Notes under the pieces: model-generated
What the model was told of the DNA's origin: nothing
What the model saw: the letters and a program-made list of their open reading frames with translations, nothing else
Database searches by the model: none
Program-made: the position numbers and the translations under genes
Shown here: one piece after another, positions 24,411-35,929 of the stretch
Layout: each line of letters begins with the position of its first letter
Position numbering within the stretch: position 1 is the stretch's first letter
From: Octopus bimaculoides
Taxonomy: Eukaryota
Direction of reading: 5' to 3'
Length of the DNA: 64,000 bases
Assembly: GCF_001194135.2 (NCBI RefSeq)
Contig: NC_069005.1
Span: forward strand, 19,431,689 to 19,495,688

Positions 24411-25619
24411 TTAATGGCATATAAGACACTATTTTCCCCTTCAAAATATCTCGAAAAATCACCCTGGGTGTTGTATATGAAGTTGGACTTGTATTGCATG
24501 TTTTAACACGCTAAAAAATTTTTCAGGAATATGTGCTGCTGAAATTAGGGTTCATCTAACATAGCCATGTGTCTTTTATGCCATCAGATACAGCATCGAC
24601 CTTGTGCCTAAATTATAGATTATTGTTATTTCATCAGATTTTTGGTGTTTCCACAATACGATGTAATGACAAAAAATAAGAGATAAATGCTATTGTCTGA
24701 CCTACTTGTAGTTGAATAAGTAATAAATCAATACGTTGTTACACACAGCATACAATGTAATTTATAACATAATGTTTCATCATTCATAGAGCTGCTGTTA
24801 TTTGGTTAGTCATTAACGAACCCAACAACTGGCAAATTGGCCCAAATCATTAGAGCATTGGACAGAATGCATCACAGTATTTATTTTGATCTCTGCATTC
24901 TATGTTCAAATCCCATTCAATTCAACTTTACCTTTCATGCTCTCAAAGCTGATAAAAATATTTCCCCCAAAACACCAATTTAAGGCAGAATTGTACAAAT
25001 GTCAGACAGATTCTGAGCAGTATTTGTTCTGGCTTTTTGCTTTCTGAGTTCAAATCCTGCCATTGTCTATTTGGGTAGTAGACTTAATCTGCTGTTTGGT
25101 TTAACACCATCAACTGACTCCTTGGGTACCTTTATTGGAGTCCATTCTGTTGCTAGCATTTGGGCCAGGTTTCTGGTTTGAGGATATCCCCCTCCCTCTC
25201 ACCAGTCTCAGAAGCCATGTAATAGATCATGGGCACTTCCTTCTTGAAATCTGACCAAAAGATTAAAAGAAAAAAAATCATCTTCAGCTTATATTCCCAC
25301 TGCAACATCCACTTTTGCAGTAAATAAATCTTAATATTCATGCTGATCGAGGTCACAAACTAGCAGAAACATTAGCACAAAGCGAAATGCTTAGCAGTAT
25401 TTTGTCCATCTTTACATTCTAAGTTCAGATTCCACTGGGGTCAACTTTGCCTTTCATCCTTTTAAAAAAGTCAATAAAATAAGGAGCAGTCAAGTACTAG
25501 GCTCAATGTAATCAACTAAGCCCCTTCCCTGAACCTGTTGGTCTTGTGCCAAAATCTGAAACCAATATTCATGCTTATCTAAAGAAAAGCTTCTTACAAA
25601 CCACTTTTGCTATTTATTA

Positions 25620-25880
25620 TCTGCATTGAGAGATCACAGCTCTGGTATTATGGATATGTGATTAGAATTGCAAGATGGATTCTTCAAGCTGAGTCAACCA
25701 AGAGAAGACCTAGGGGTAGACCAAGAATGAGTTGTTTGGATAATATCCATAGCCTCAATTAGACACACTCAGAAATCCAGCTGTAATGACCTTTGCTTCT
25801 GATAGACTCTATTGTGGAGGTGCCCAAGAACTCTACACCCATGATCCTCCCAAGAATAGTGGACAGAGGAAATAAATGGA
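25620..25880 (+). mobile_element. RTE LINE 3' end fragment
   Basis: RSQLWYYGYVIRI and RRPRGRPRMSCLDNI match the RTE C-terminal ..LRWYGHVxR..KRPRGRPRxxWxD motifs. Confidence 0.7.
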
Positions 25881-26287
25881 TGGATTTGTTTCTTTATGCC
25901 ACTCATAAATCAAAATATCCTGCTTGGCAGTGTGATATGTGAAAATCAGTGGAATTAACGTCTCTGAAACGCTATCGGTCAACATACAGATTGATTGGTC
26001 GAGGACAGTCATATAGTGAGGCAAGGGAACCTTTGGCCATTTGTCCACTACATTCATGTGTTAAGGTCATGTGATATCTGTTTTAGCCCTTTGTTGTGAC
26101 CATGAGTTAGATTAAACAAGTAACAAACACTCCCTCCACACACATACACATACATACTTAATGACATTGGGAATGAATTCTTTCTAGAACAAAAACAGTA
26201 AACTTATAACATCAGTTTTTTATACAGAGGACTGCGATAGAAGTGGAATTTTTTCCTTTTGTGTTCCTAAATTTGTCTATTTTTCAG

Positions 26288-26357
26288 CCTGAAGACGAAA
26301 ATGTTGAAAGAATTCTTGAAATATTTGAAGAAATTGAGGCAGAATTGAAAGAAGAAG
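26288..26357 (+). CDS. RPAIN: RPA-interacting protein, exon 3
   Basis: TTTTCAG acceptor; PEDENVERILEIFEEIEAELKEE (cf. AVLEEIQQEL). Phase 0 in and phase 1 out match exons 2 and 4; weak donor GTTGTT. Confidence 0.85.
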
Positions 26358-26499
26358 GTTGTTAATTCTTCCTATTACTAGTGTATCTTTGAAAATGATT
26401 TCTAACATGGACAAATGTTCTGGGGGTGCAGAGATAAGGGGTAACAGTTTGATTACATCAACTTCAATAGTTGATTGGTAATTTAAAAACAGCAACAAT

Positions 26500-28250
26500 A
26501 AATCTTTCTACTATAGGCGCAAGGCCTGAAATTTGGGGGACGGTAGGCTAGTTGATTACATTGACACCCAATACTCAACTGGTACTAATTTTATTGACCC
26601 CAAATAGAAGAAAGGCTAAGTCTACCTTGGCAACATTTGAACTCCGAATATAAAGAACCAGAAGAAATGACCTAACTCCTTAGCATTTACACCAACCATG
26701 CCCAGCCCAAATATTCTATCTGTTTTTTTGTCCAAACTGGTCAGATCCATCATTATCTTGAAGTTATGAGATAATGCAAGATGGACTCAAAAGAATTTGA
26801 ATAAATATGTATTAGATTTGACAGAATAATATGAATGCTAAAGAGTTGAGCATTTTGTCTGAAGCAGTAACATTTCTACCAGCTTGATGCATTTAATGGT
26901 TTGAAGTTTTGACACCAGGTCAGCAATTTTCAGGGGTGTAGGATAGTCGGTTACAGTATTTGACTGCTATTTTATTTTATTGACCTCGAAAGGATGGATA
27001 GTAAAGTTCAGCTCCGTAGGATTTTGACTCAGAATGTAGAGTTCAAAGAAATGCCACTAAATATTTTGTCTGACATGCTAACAATTCTTCCAGCTCGATG
27101 TTTTAATAATAGAAATAATGACAGTATTGATGATAATAACTCTTTCTTATTTTGGGTCCAAGGCCAGCATTTTTAATTAAGTAGATTACATTGACCCTGC
27201 TACTTGGCTAGTACTTATTTTATCAACCCCGAAAGAATGAAAGGCAAAGTTTACCTTGGTAGGACTCAGAATGTGATGAGCAGGGAGAAATGCTGCTCCT
27301 TTTATGTGCTGATGATTCTACCAGCTCACTGCCTTACTAACAATAATTCAACATAGGCATAAAGCCACATTTGTGAGGAGTTAATTGATTAAATATACCC
27401 TGAGAGGACAATACACAAAGCTGACTTCAGCAGGATTTGAACTTAGAATAATAAAGAGCTGGAAGAAATGCTACTAAGCATTTTGTCCAGTGTGCTAACT
27501 ATTTTGTCAGCCCACTGCCTTAATAATGATAGTAATAATGATTTCAAATTCTGGCATAAGGCCAGCAATTTTTAGGAGAGGGGTAAATTGATTACATCAA
27601 CCCCAACGTCCAACTGGTTTTTATTTCATTGATCCCAAAGGGATGAAAGACAAAATTGACCTTGGTGGGATTTGAATTCAGAACATAAAGAGCCAGAAGA
27701 GATACTGCTGTGCATTTTGTCCAGTGCATTATTTATTCCACCAGCTTACCACCTTAATAATAATAATTACAATGATAATCCTTTCTACTCTAGGCACAAG
27801 GCCTGAAATTTAGTGGGAAGTGGGCTAGTCGATTACATTGACTCCAGTACTTGACAGGTACTTATTTTGTCAACCCCAAAAGATAAAAGGCAAAGTGGAC
27901 CTCAGTGGAATTTGAACTCAGAGTGTAATGAGAGATGAAATGCTGCCAAGAATTTTGCTCAGTATGCTAATGATTCTCCCAGTTCACTGCTTTGATAATG
28001 ATGATGATAATATAACAATAATAATCCTTTCTACTATAGGCACAAGGCCTGAAATTTTGGCGAGGGATTAAGTAGATTACATTGACCCCAGTACTCAACT
28101 GGTATTTAATATATCAACCCTGAAAGGATGAAAGGCATAGTTGACTGGCAAAATTTGAACTCAAAACATAAAGATGGACGAAATGTCACTAAGCATTTTG
28201 CCCGGAGTGCTAACGATTCTGCTAGCTTGCCGCCATAATGATAATGAAGA
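26500..28250 (-). repeat. Array of ~7 SINE copies in minus orientation
   Basis: Reverse complement of the 22960-24410 unit (AATCCTTTCTACTATAGGCACAAGGCCTGAAATTT...ATTTGAACTCAGAA) near 26500, 26905, 27140, 27345, 27540, 27775 and 28022. Confidence 0.85.
26676..26845. mobile_element. Old piggyBac-type MITE nested in a SINE
   Basis: TIR CTCCTTAGCATT / AATGCTAAAGAG; flanks CTAA and TTGA read as decayed TTAA. Confidence 0.55.
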
Positions 28251-29363
28251 TAATGATGGACTTTTCCATTGAAGACAATGTATGAGTGTTCAGCTTTTGC
28301 TAATTGATCTGTACAAAGGATTTGTTTATAGTGATGTGCTGTACATTAACTCACTCCCTCCATCAAATAGGTGCATGGTGTATCACACATCAGGTGTCGA
28401 AGTGATCACAGAGCAACATGCAATGAAGTGTTTTGCTTAAGAGCACAATGCCCCACCTGATCTAGGATATGAAACTATGATCTTGTGATTGTGAGTGCAA
28501 CACCTTAACTACTAGACCATACATCCTCACATAATATCAAAGCAAATTTTCCCATGGTGGGATTGGAATGTTCTGCTTAGTTTTAACAGCACTACCTGGC
28601 TCTCAGGTGGATGCCTGTAGCAGAGTCCAATCTCTTACAAGCATCTGAATTAGGTTTCTAGTCGTTGAAGAAAAACTTTTTCATTTCTTCATTCCGGGCC
28701 CTAAAAAGCATCAGGAATGTGACACTTTCTTTCCTGGCTAAGCTCATAATTTTCTTTTTTTAAATTTAAATACGTCAGAAGAGACCAGATACTGTAAAAT
28801 ATCAATAAATCAGGTGAGCTACCATTTTTGCTCGAAAAAACCAATATTTAAAAAAGAAAAAGAAAACTTTTATTTCTATCTTCAATTTTTTTTTCTCTTT
28901 TAACCTTTTCTTGTTCAGTCATCTGACTGGTCATGCTGGAGCACCGTGTTGAAGGGTTTTGGTCAAACAAAATCAATCCTAGTACTTACTCTTTTTTAAA
29001 GTCTGGCACTCATTCTAGCAACCTCTTGCAAAACTACTAAGTAATAGGGACATAAACAAACCGACACCAGTTGTCAAGTGATACTGGGGAAGGGACAAAT
29101 ACACACACACAAATGTATATGTGTACACATACATACAACTGTTCCTGTCTATCAAATTCACTCATTGGTCAACTTGGGGCTATAGTAGAAAACACTTTAT
29201 CAAAAGTGCCATGCAATGGGGCTGAATCCCAAAGCATAGGGTTGTAAAGCAAGCTTCTTAACTACACATCCATGCCTGTAAATTATATATTTCTTTCAAA
29301 TTATCATGAAATGTTCCATTTTATTATTATCTTCTATTTCATTTTATTCTATTTTTCTCCTAG

Positions 29364-29484
29364 AACAAAAACTCCTCAGAGAACATGACTTATATGAAGA
29401 AAGTTATCTGAATGAAGAGAAAGAACTGTGCTCAGCATTAGAGTTGCTCACTGCTGATGAAGTCGTTTGCCCTATTTGTAAAAA
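29364..29484 (+). CDS. RPAIN: RPA-interacting protein, exon 4
   Basis: CCTAG acceptor; EQKLLREHDLYEESYLNEEKELCSALELLTADEVVCPICK (first zinc-finger CPxC); donor GTAAGT, phase 2. Confidence 0.92.
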
Positions 29485-30460
29485 GTAAGTTTTGAAACTT
29501 GGGGGTTTTTGGGGGATTGGTTTTATCTTCTGTCTTTTACTTGTTTCAGTCATTCATCATCATCATCATCATCGTTTAACGTCTGTTTTCCATGCTAGCA
29601 TGGGTTGGACGATTTGACTGAGGACTGGCGAACCAGATGGCTGCACCAGGCTCCAATCTGATCTGGCAGAGTTTCTACAGCTGGATGCCCTTCCTAACGC
29701 CAACCACTCTGAGAGTGTAGTGAGTGCTTTTATGTGTCACCAGCACAAGGGCCAGTCAGGCGGTACTGGCAACAGTTACACTCAAAATGGTGTTTTTCAC
29801 ATGCCACCTGCACAGGAGCCAGTCCAGCGGCACTGGCAACGACCTCTGCCCACTGGGACAGACAAGGGTTTTATGTCGATTACATTGACTGCAGTGATTA
29901 ACTGGTACTTATTTAATTAACCCTGAAAGGATGAAAGGCAAAGTTGACCTCGGTGGAATTCGAACTCAAAATGTAATGGCAGACAAAATCCGCTAGGCAT
30001 TTCGCCCATCCTGCTAACGTTTCTGCCAGCTCGCCACCTAGATTGCAGCCATGCTGTGGCACCACCTTGAGAAATTTTTAGTCAAATGAATCAACCCTAG
30101 TATTTATTTTGCTGTTAAGCCTGGTATTTAGCCATTTATTCTGTCAGTCCCTTTTGCAAAACCACTAGGTTATGGGAACATAAACACAACACTGGTTGTC
30201 AAGTGATAATGGGGGATAAACACACACACACATATGACGGGCTTCTTTCAGTTTCTGGCTACCAAATCCACTCACAAGGCTTTGGTTGGCCTAAGGCTAT
30301 AGTGGAAGACACTTGCCTAAGGTGCCATGCAGTGGGACTTAACTGAGAACCATGTGGTTAGGAAGTAAGCTTTTTATCATACAGCCACGCCTTTAGAAAT
30401 AAAGAAATGTTTTATGGAATCTATTTACGATTTTGTACAACAGTCCATATCTTGCAACCT

Positions 30461-30930
30461 GGCTGCATGTGATGTCCAATTATCCATTATGTATCATATG
30501 GTCGAATGTGATACACCACAGTTTGTTGCCTTTACATGGCTGCATGTGATGTACCTTTGTCCATTACATGGTGCATGGCTACATGTCCATTACATATTAC
30601 ATATCTACATGTGATATAACAGTCCATTACATATTTTATGGCTGTATGTGATAAACATCAGCCTGTCCTATGTTGCATGGCTACATGTGATGTACAACAG
30701 TTCATTGCATGTTTCCGATGTACCACTTTTTATTACATTGTACATAGATGTGATGTACCATTCTCCATTACATGTTACATAGTTACATGTGACGTACCAC
30801 TTCCCATTACATGACACAGCTACATGTGATGTACCATTATCCATTATATGTTTTGCAGTTACATGTGATGTAACAGTCTATTATATGGACATAGCTACAT
30901 GTGGTCTGCCACTATCCATTACATGTTTCA
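30461..30930. repeat. Degenerate minisatellite, ~13 copies of a ~38-nt unit
   Basis: Recurring GCTACATGTGATGTACCATTxTCCATTACATG core. Confidence 0.8.
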
Positions 30931-31860
30931 TTGTTCTATGTATGTCTTGTGAACTTGCCATTAAGTATGTTTACCGTTTCCTGTTTTCCCTTTCATATTC
31001 TTCTGTGTGTTCCAGTCATATTCATGTTGAGTTACTGTTTCAACAGGTTTTAATCAGTCACATCCACACCTGTGTTGCTTTTTATCGATTATGTGGAATG
31101 GCAAAGTTAATATATGCATAAAGGGACATAACCTGTGAGAATACCACAAAGTATTGATCCCTCACCTATATATATATGCATACACACACACACACATTAT
31201 TATCATCATCATTTTGATGTCCACTTTTTCCAGGCTTGCATGGGTCAGATGGAGACTATTTCAGGAGAGACATGTATTAACTTTAAAGAAGTACAAAACT
31301 CTAATTTTCTTCAAAGTAGGATCCTCTGACTTCAATGCAATTGTTGTAAGCATTCCAATCACTTTGTGAAGGCCCCATGGAAGTCCTCCAAACTGAAGAT
31401 GTTGTAAACATGATAGTTGTAAGGAGCATCACCATTGTAAAAGCAATGTTGTTCTTTTCCAGTCTTCCCTGAAAAACGACTGGCCATTGGAAAAATATTA
31501 CCTTGCTTGAAATGGGTGAGGGTTGGCAACAGGATGGGCATCTGGCAATAGGAAATCTGGCCTATGCAAGCATTGGAAAAATGGACAGTAAAATGATGAT
31601 GATATATATATACAACAGACTTCTTTCAGTTTCCATCTACCATTTCCTCACAAGGAATTGGTTAATCCAGAGCTTTAGTAGAAGACACTTTCCCAAGATT
31701 CCACATAGTGGCATTGAACTTGAAATCCCATACTTGTGAAATGAACTTCTTAACCACACAACCATGCCTGTTCCTTTGTGATGACATTGTTATGAACACA
31801 ATTTTTAATGATGTTTTTATAGAAATGTTTCATTGTTTTCTGTTTGTTTTGTATCTGCAG

Positions 31861-31924
31861 AAATCCTTTGATCGAGAATAAGGGAGTTATTTTCTGTAAA
31901 TGTGGTCTGCGGATTAACACAGAG
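31861..31924 (+). CDS. RPAIN: RPA-interacting protein, exon 5
   Basis: TGCAG acceptor; (K)NPLIENKGVIFCKCGLRINTE (CxCGL motif); donor GTAAGA, phase 0. Confidence 0.92.
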
Positions 31925-32445
31925 GTAAGATTTCTGATCAACTTTTGCACTGTTTGTGTGACTTAGCATGCATCTATCTGTATGTATGCATATATGTATG
32001 TATATANNNNNNNNNNNNNNNNNNNNNNNNNNNNNNNNNNNNNNNNNNNNNNNNNNNNNNNNNNNNNNNNNNNNNNNNNNNNNNNNNNNNNNNNNNNNNN
32101 NNNNNNNNNNNNNNNNNNNNNNNNNNNNNNNNNNNNNNNNNNNNNNNNNNNNNNNNNNNNNNNNNNNNNNNNNNNNNNNNNNNNNNNNNNNNNNNNNNNN
32201 NNNNNNNNNNNNNNNNNNNNNNNNNNNNNNNNNNNNNNNNNNNNNNNNNNNNNNNNNNNNNNNNNNNNNNNNNNNNNNNNNNNNNNNNNNNNNNNNNNNN
32301 NNNNNNNNNNNNNNNNNNNNNNNNNNNNNNNNNNNNNNNNNNNNNNNNNNNNNNNNNNNNNNNNNNNNNNNNNNNNNNNNNNNNNNNNNNNNNNNNNNNN
32401 NNNNNNNNNNNNNNNNNNNNNNNNNNNNNNNNNNNNNNNNNNNNN

Positions 32446-32476
<31 letters not shown>

Positions 32477-33256
32477 GTATTTGTGTGTCAGTGTTTGTCC
32501 CCCCACACCATTGCTTGACAACTGATGTTGGTGTGTTTACGTTCCTGTAACTTAGCGGTTTGGCAAAAGAGACCGATAGAATAAGTACTAGGCTTACAAA
32601 GTCCTGGGGTCAATTTGTTCGGCTAAAAGCAGTGCTCCAGAATGGCCACAGCGAAATGACTGAAACAAGTAAAAGAATAAAAGAAAAAGAATGTCTGTGT
32701 TGCTTATCATCAGGTCAGTCCTGATTGAGCAGACGTTCTAGCCATGACCAACATGTCTGTTTCCTTGGTACATTATGCATTGTATGCCATTTTTCTTAGA
32801 TAGTGGGGTGTAATAAAGGGAATTCAGTTGCTATTTCTATCAGTTTGACTTACTGTGTAGAGGCTTCCTTATTAGCTTATTAATATTAGTAATGTGTGTG
32901 TGTGTTGTAACAGTGGTTATATGATTAGAGTTGTTTGACTGTTGATCTGGTGGTCATAAGCTCAAATCTGACAGAAGCCTTCACCTTGTGCCTCAGGGTA
33001 AATTCACTTGATGACAAGTTCCCTCCATTCTTGCTTCAGTGTGAGATCAGTTTCCTGAAAAGCAAGCAAACTTTTAACAACTCATATTGGGATTATATCT
33101 TTTATCTCATACTTCATTGGACTGTGGCCATGCTGAGGCACTGCTTTGAAAGAGGGCTTAATTGACCCCAGTACAGATTTCTATTGGTCTCTTTTACTGA
33201 ACTGTTAAGCGGCAGGGACATAAACAAACCAACACTAGTTGTCAAACAGTGAGGAT

Positions 33257-33302
<46 letters not shown>

Positions 33303-35791
33303 GACAAGTTACCAATGGGAGTCACAAGCCATTGTTTGGTTGGCCTGAGACTATCATAGAAGACACTTGCTCCAAGTTCCATGCACTGGAGCTGAACTCA
33401 GAACCATGTGGTCTGGAAGCAAACTTCTTACCATACAGCCATGTCTGTGCCTATATTTACAGACATTTTCTTGCAAACATATTATAAAATATTCTAGCTG
33501 AAGAAACAATATATACAGATTAGAGGTGACACTTAAAGAGTGCAGTTGTGAGCTCTGGTGGAAGCTGTGACTAATCTTTCTATGCATCACGAAGACAAAT
33601 CATTGTTCTCAATGGCACTAGTTTACCACAGTGATCTTCCCATTTTAACCAACCCTTCAACTTCTGAAATAAAGAGCAGAAACTGAATAAAAACTATGCA
33701 AGGTAGAATGAACTATAGTTCTTCCACAGGTCACCACTTTAGTGCAGGAGGCACAATAAATTGCACTTAGTATATATATATATATTGTGATGTAGTCTGT
33801 GATAGAAAAGATATTCTATTGTTAAAACCATTTCAAAAGGAGAAAGGACAGAAGCAACAGAAGGCATTATTTAGTTTTATTAAATAGACCCTCTATAATT
33901 TAACAAGAATGCCTGGTTTTCTCTGTTGTTGTGTCTACCAGATGGCAATGGGTGTAGATGAGTGATAAGGTGATGTAAGAACCACCTAACCTATGTAATA
34001 TGGAAAAATGATAATGCCTTCATTGCACTTACAATTTTTTTTTTTGCCTTTGGTCAGTAAGTGTTATTTCCTATTTGCTTCTATCTGGAAATAAAAGGAA
34101 ATGACTACTATTCCCTTCACACTTTGCTTTTGTGACCTGCACATTGATGTTTTGAAACTTACTTATTTTCCATTACATTTCAAACAGATTCAGTGTTGAG
34201 TTGCTGAAGCAGAAATATCATTATAGCAAATATTCTGCTCAATAATACAGAGTTGCTTGTCAGTTGGTTGACCTTAACCAGTTGAGTATGTCCTTTAGTG
34301 GCCAACAATATGCAAAGTTTGAAGGAAATATTAGCCGTTTTTCATACTTTTGGTGGGTAAGCAAACAGGAAATAAGAGATGCTACCCAAGAACAAAAATC
34401 GCGTTACACAGTGTTGTTGGACTGCTTCAAAAAACTATTTTATCCAACCTTGCCATGAGTGCTATATTACTTGTGTAATGTGGAAAATATTCTACTAACA
34501 TAGGTACAAACATGGCTGCACCTGTATTAGAGAAATTTGCCTCCCAACCACATATGGTTTCAAGTTCAGTCCTACTGTACTGAGGTCATGGAAAAATGGG
34601 ATGACATATATACAACTGACTTCTCTCAGTTTCAGTCTACCTATTTCCTCACAAGAGATTGGTTAAACCAGAGCTTTAGTAGAAGAGACTTTCCTAGGAT
34701 TCCACATAGTGGGATTGAACCTAAAACTCCATAGTTGTGGAATGAACTTCTTAACCACACAACCATGCCTGTTCCTTTGTGATGACATTGTTATGAACAT
34801 AATTTTTAATGATGTTTTTATAGAAATATTTCATTGTTTTCTGTTATAGTACTGGGCTAACCTGTAGGTACAATCATGTACAAACCTGCAGGTACAATCA
34901 TGGGTGTATGGTTGAAAAGTTTAGTTCCCAAGTACATGGTTCCAGGTTCAATCCTATTGCAAAGTACTTTGGGCAAGTTTCTTCAGCTATAGCCCTGACC
35001 AAAGCTTTGTGAGCAACTTTTGTAGACAGAAACTGTAAGAAGCCCATTGTGTATATATGTGTGTGAGTTTGTATGTTTATGTCGCTTTGTTTTGATATCA
35101 TACAAGTTGTGTCATTCATTTCCAACATTCTTTGAGAATATGTCTGGCCATGGGGAAATATTATCTATCGTACTTGGAAAGAGGTGAGGATTGGTGACAG
35201 GAAGGTTATCTGGCCTTAGAAAATCTGCCTCAATGAACTGCGTCTGATCCATGCAAGCATTGGAAAATGGGTGTTAAAACAGTGGCGGCAGTGGTGGTTT
35301 CCTCTTCCTCAAATACACAAATTACTGAAGGCTTGTACCTCTTGCTATATGCCCTCTACCAAATCAAGTGGATCTCCCATAAAAGTACAGTTTTTTTCTT
35401 TTAACCTCAACTGGTCCTGCTTTATTCGTTGTTATTTCAAAAGAAATCAAAGAGGATAACATTTAAACAGTACCTGAACGAATTTCTCTCTGGGATATTC
35501 AGACACATTTTGACCCACAACTCCAGCCCCCTATACAAATTCAGCTTCGGGGTCCCAAAATATAACTTACAAGACTTCACTGGGTAGTGCTTCTAAGTTA
35601 GACGTAGTCTAGGCCCTTAATGACCGAAACCTATTTATGTATATATGTATATATGCGTGTATGTCTGTGTGTGTATGTTAGTGTGTGTGTGTGTGTATAT
35701 GTTGGTGTATGCATGTGCATGTGCACATGCATACACCAACATACAAGATGGCTGTTGTTCATAAAAGTGATACATTTAACTATATTTGCAG

Positions 35792-35929
35792 CAAGATGGC
35801 TTCAAGTTGGCTGATGTCAAAGCTCAGCTAGACAGTGGTATCGAAATTCATAACTTTACGTGTGATGCTGAGCCAGAGTTTTCCATGATGTGTGTATTAG
35901 GGACCACGAATCTTTTCATGACATGCGAG
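35792..35929 (+). CDS. RPAIN: RPA-interacting protein, exon 6
   Basis: TTGCAG acceptor; QDGFKLADVKAQLDSGIEIHNFTCDAEPEFSMMCVLGTTNLFMTCE (H...C...PxF...LxMxC); donor GTAAGC. Confidence 0.92.

Noticed and set aside
22960-28250. Regularly spaced repeats resembling a CRISPR or tRNA array
   Set aside because: Units are ~200-bp diverged eukaryotic SINEs with (ATT)n tails, not short identical repeats with unique spacers or full tRNA cloverleafs.
30414-31121. ORFs with repeated ATCDVPLSI-like peptides
   Set aside because: They are translations of the minisatellite, with no splice or homology support.
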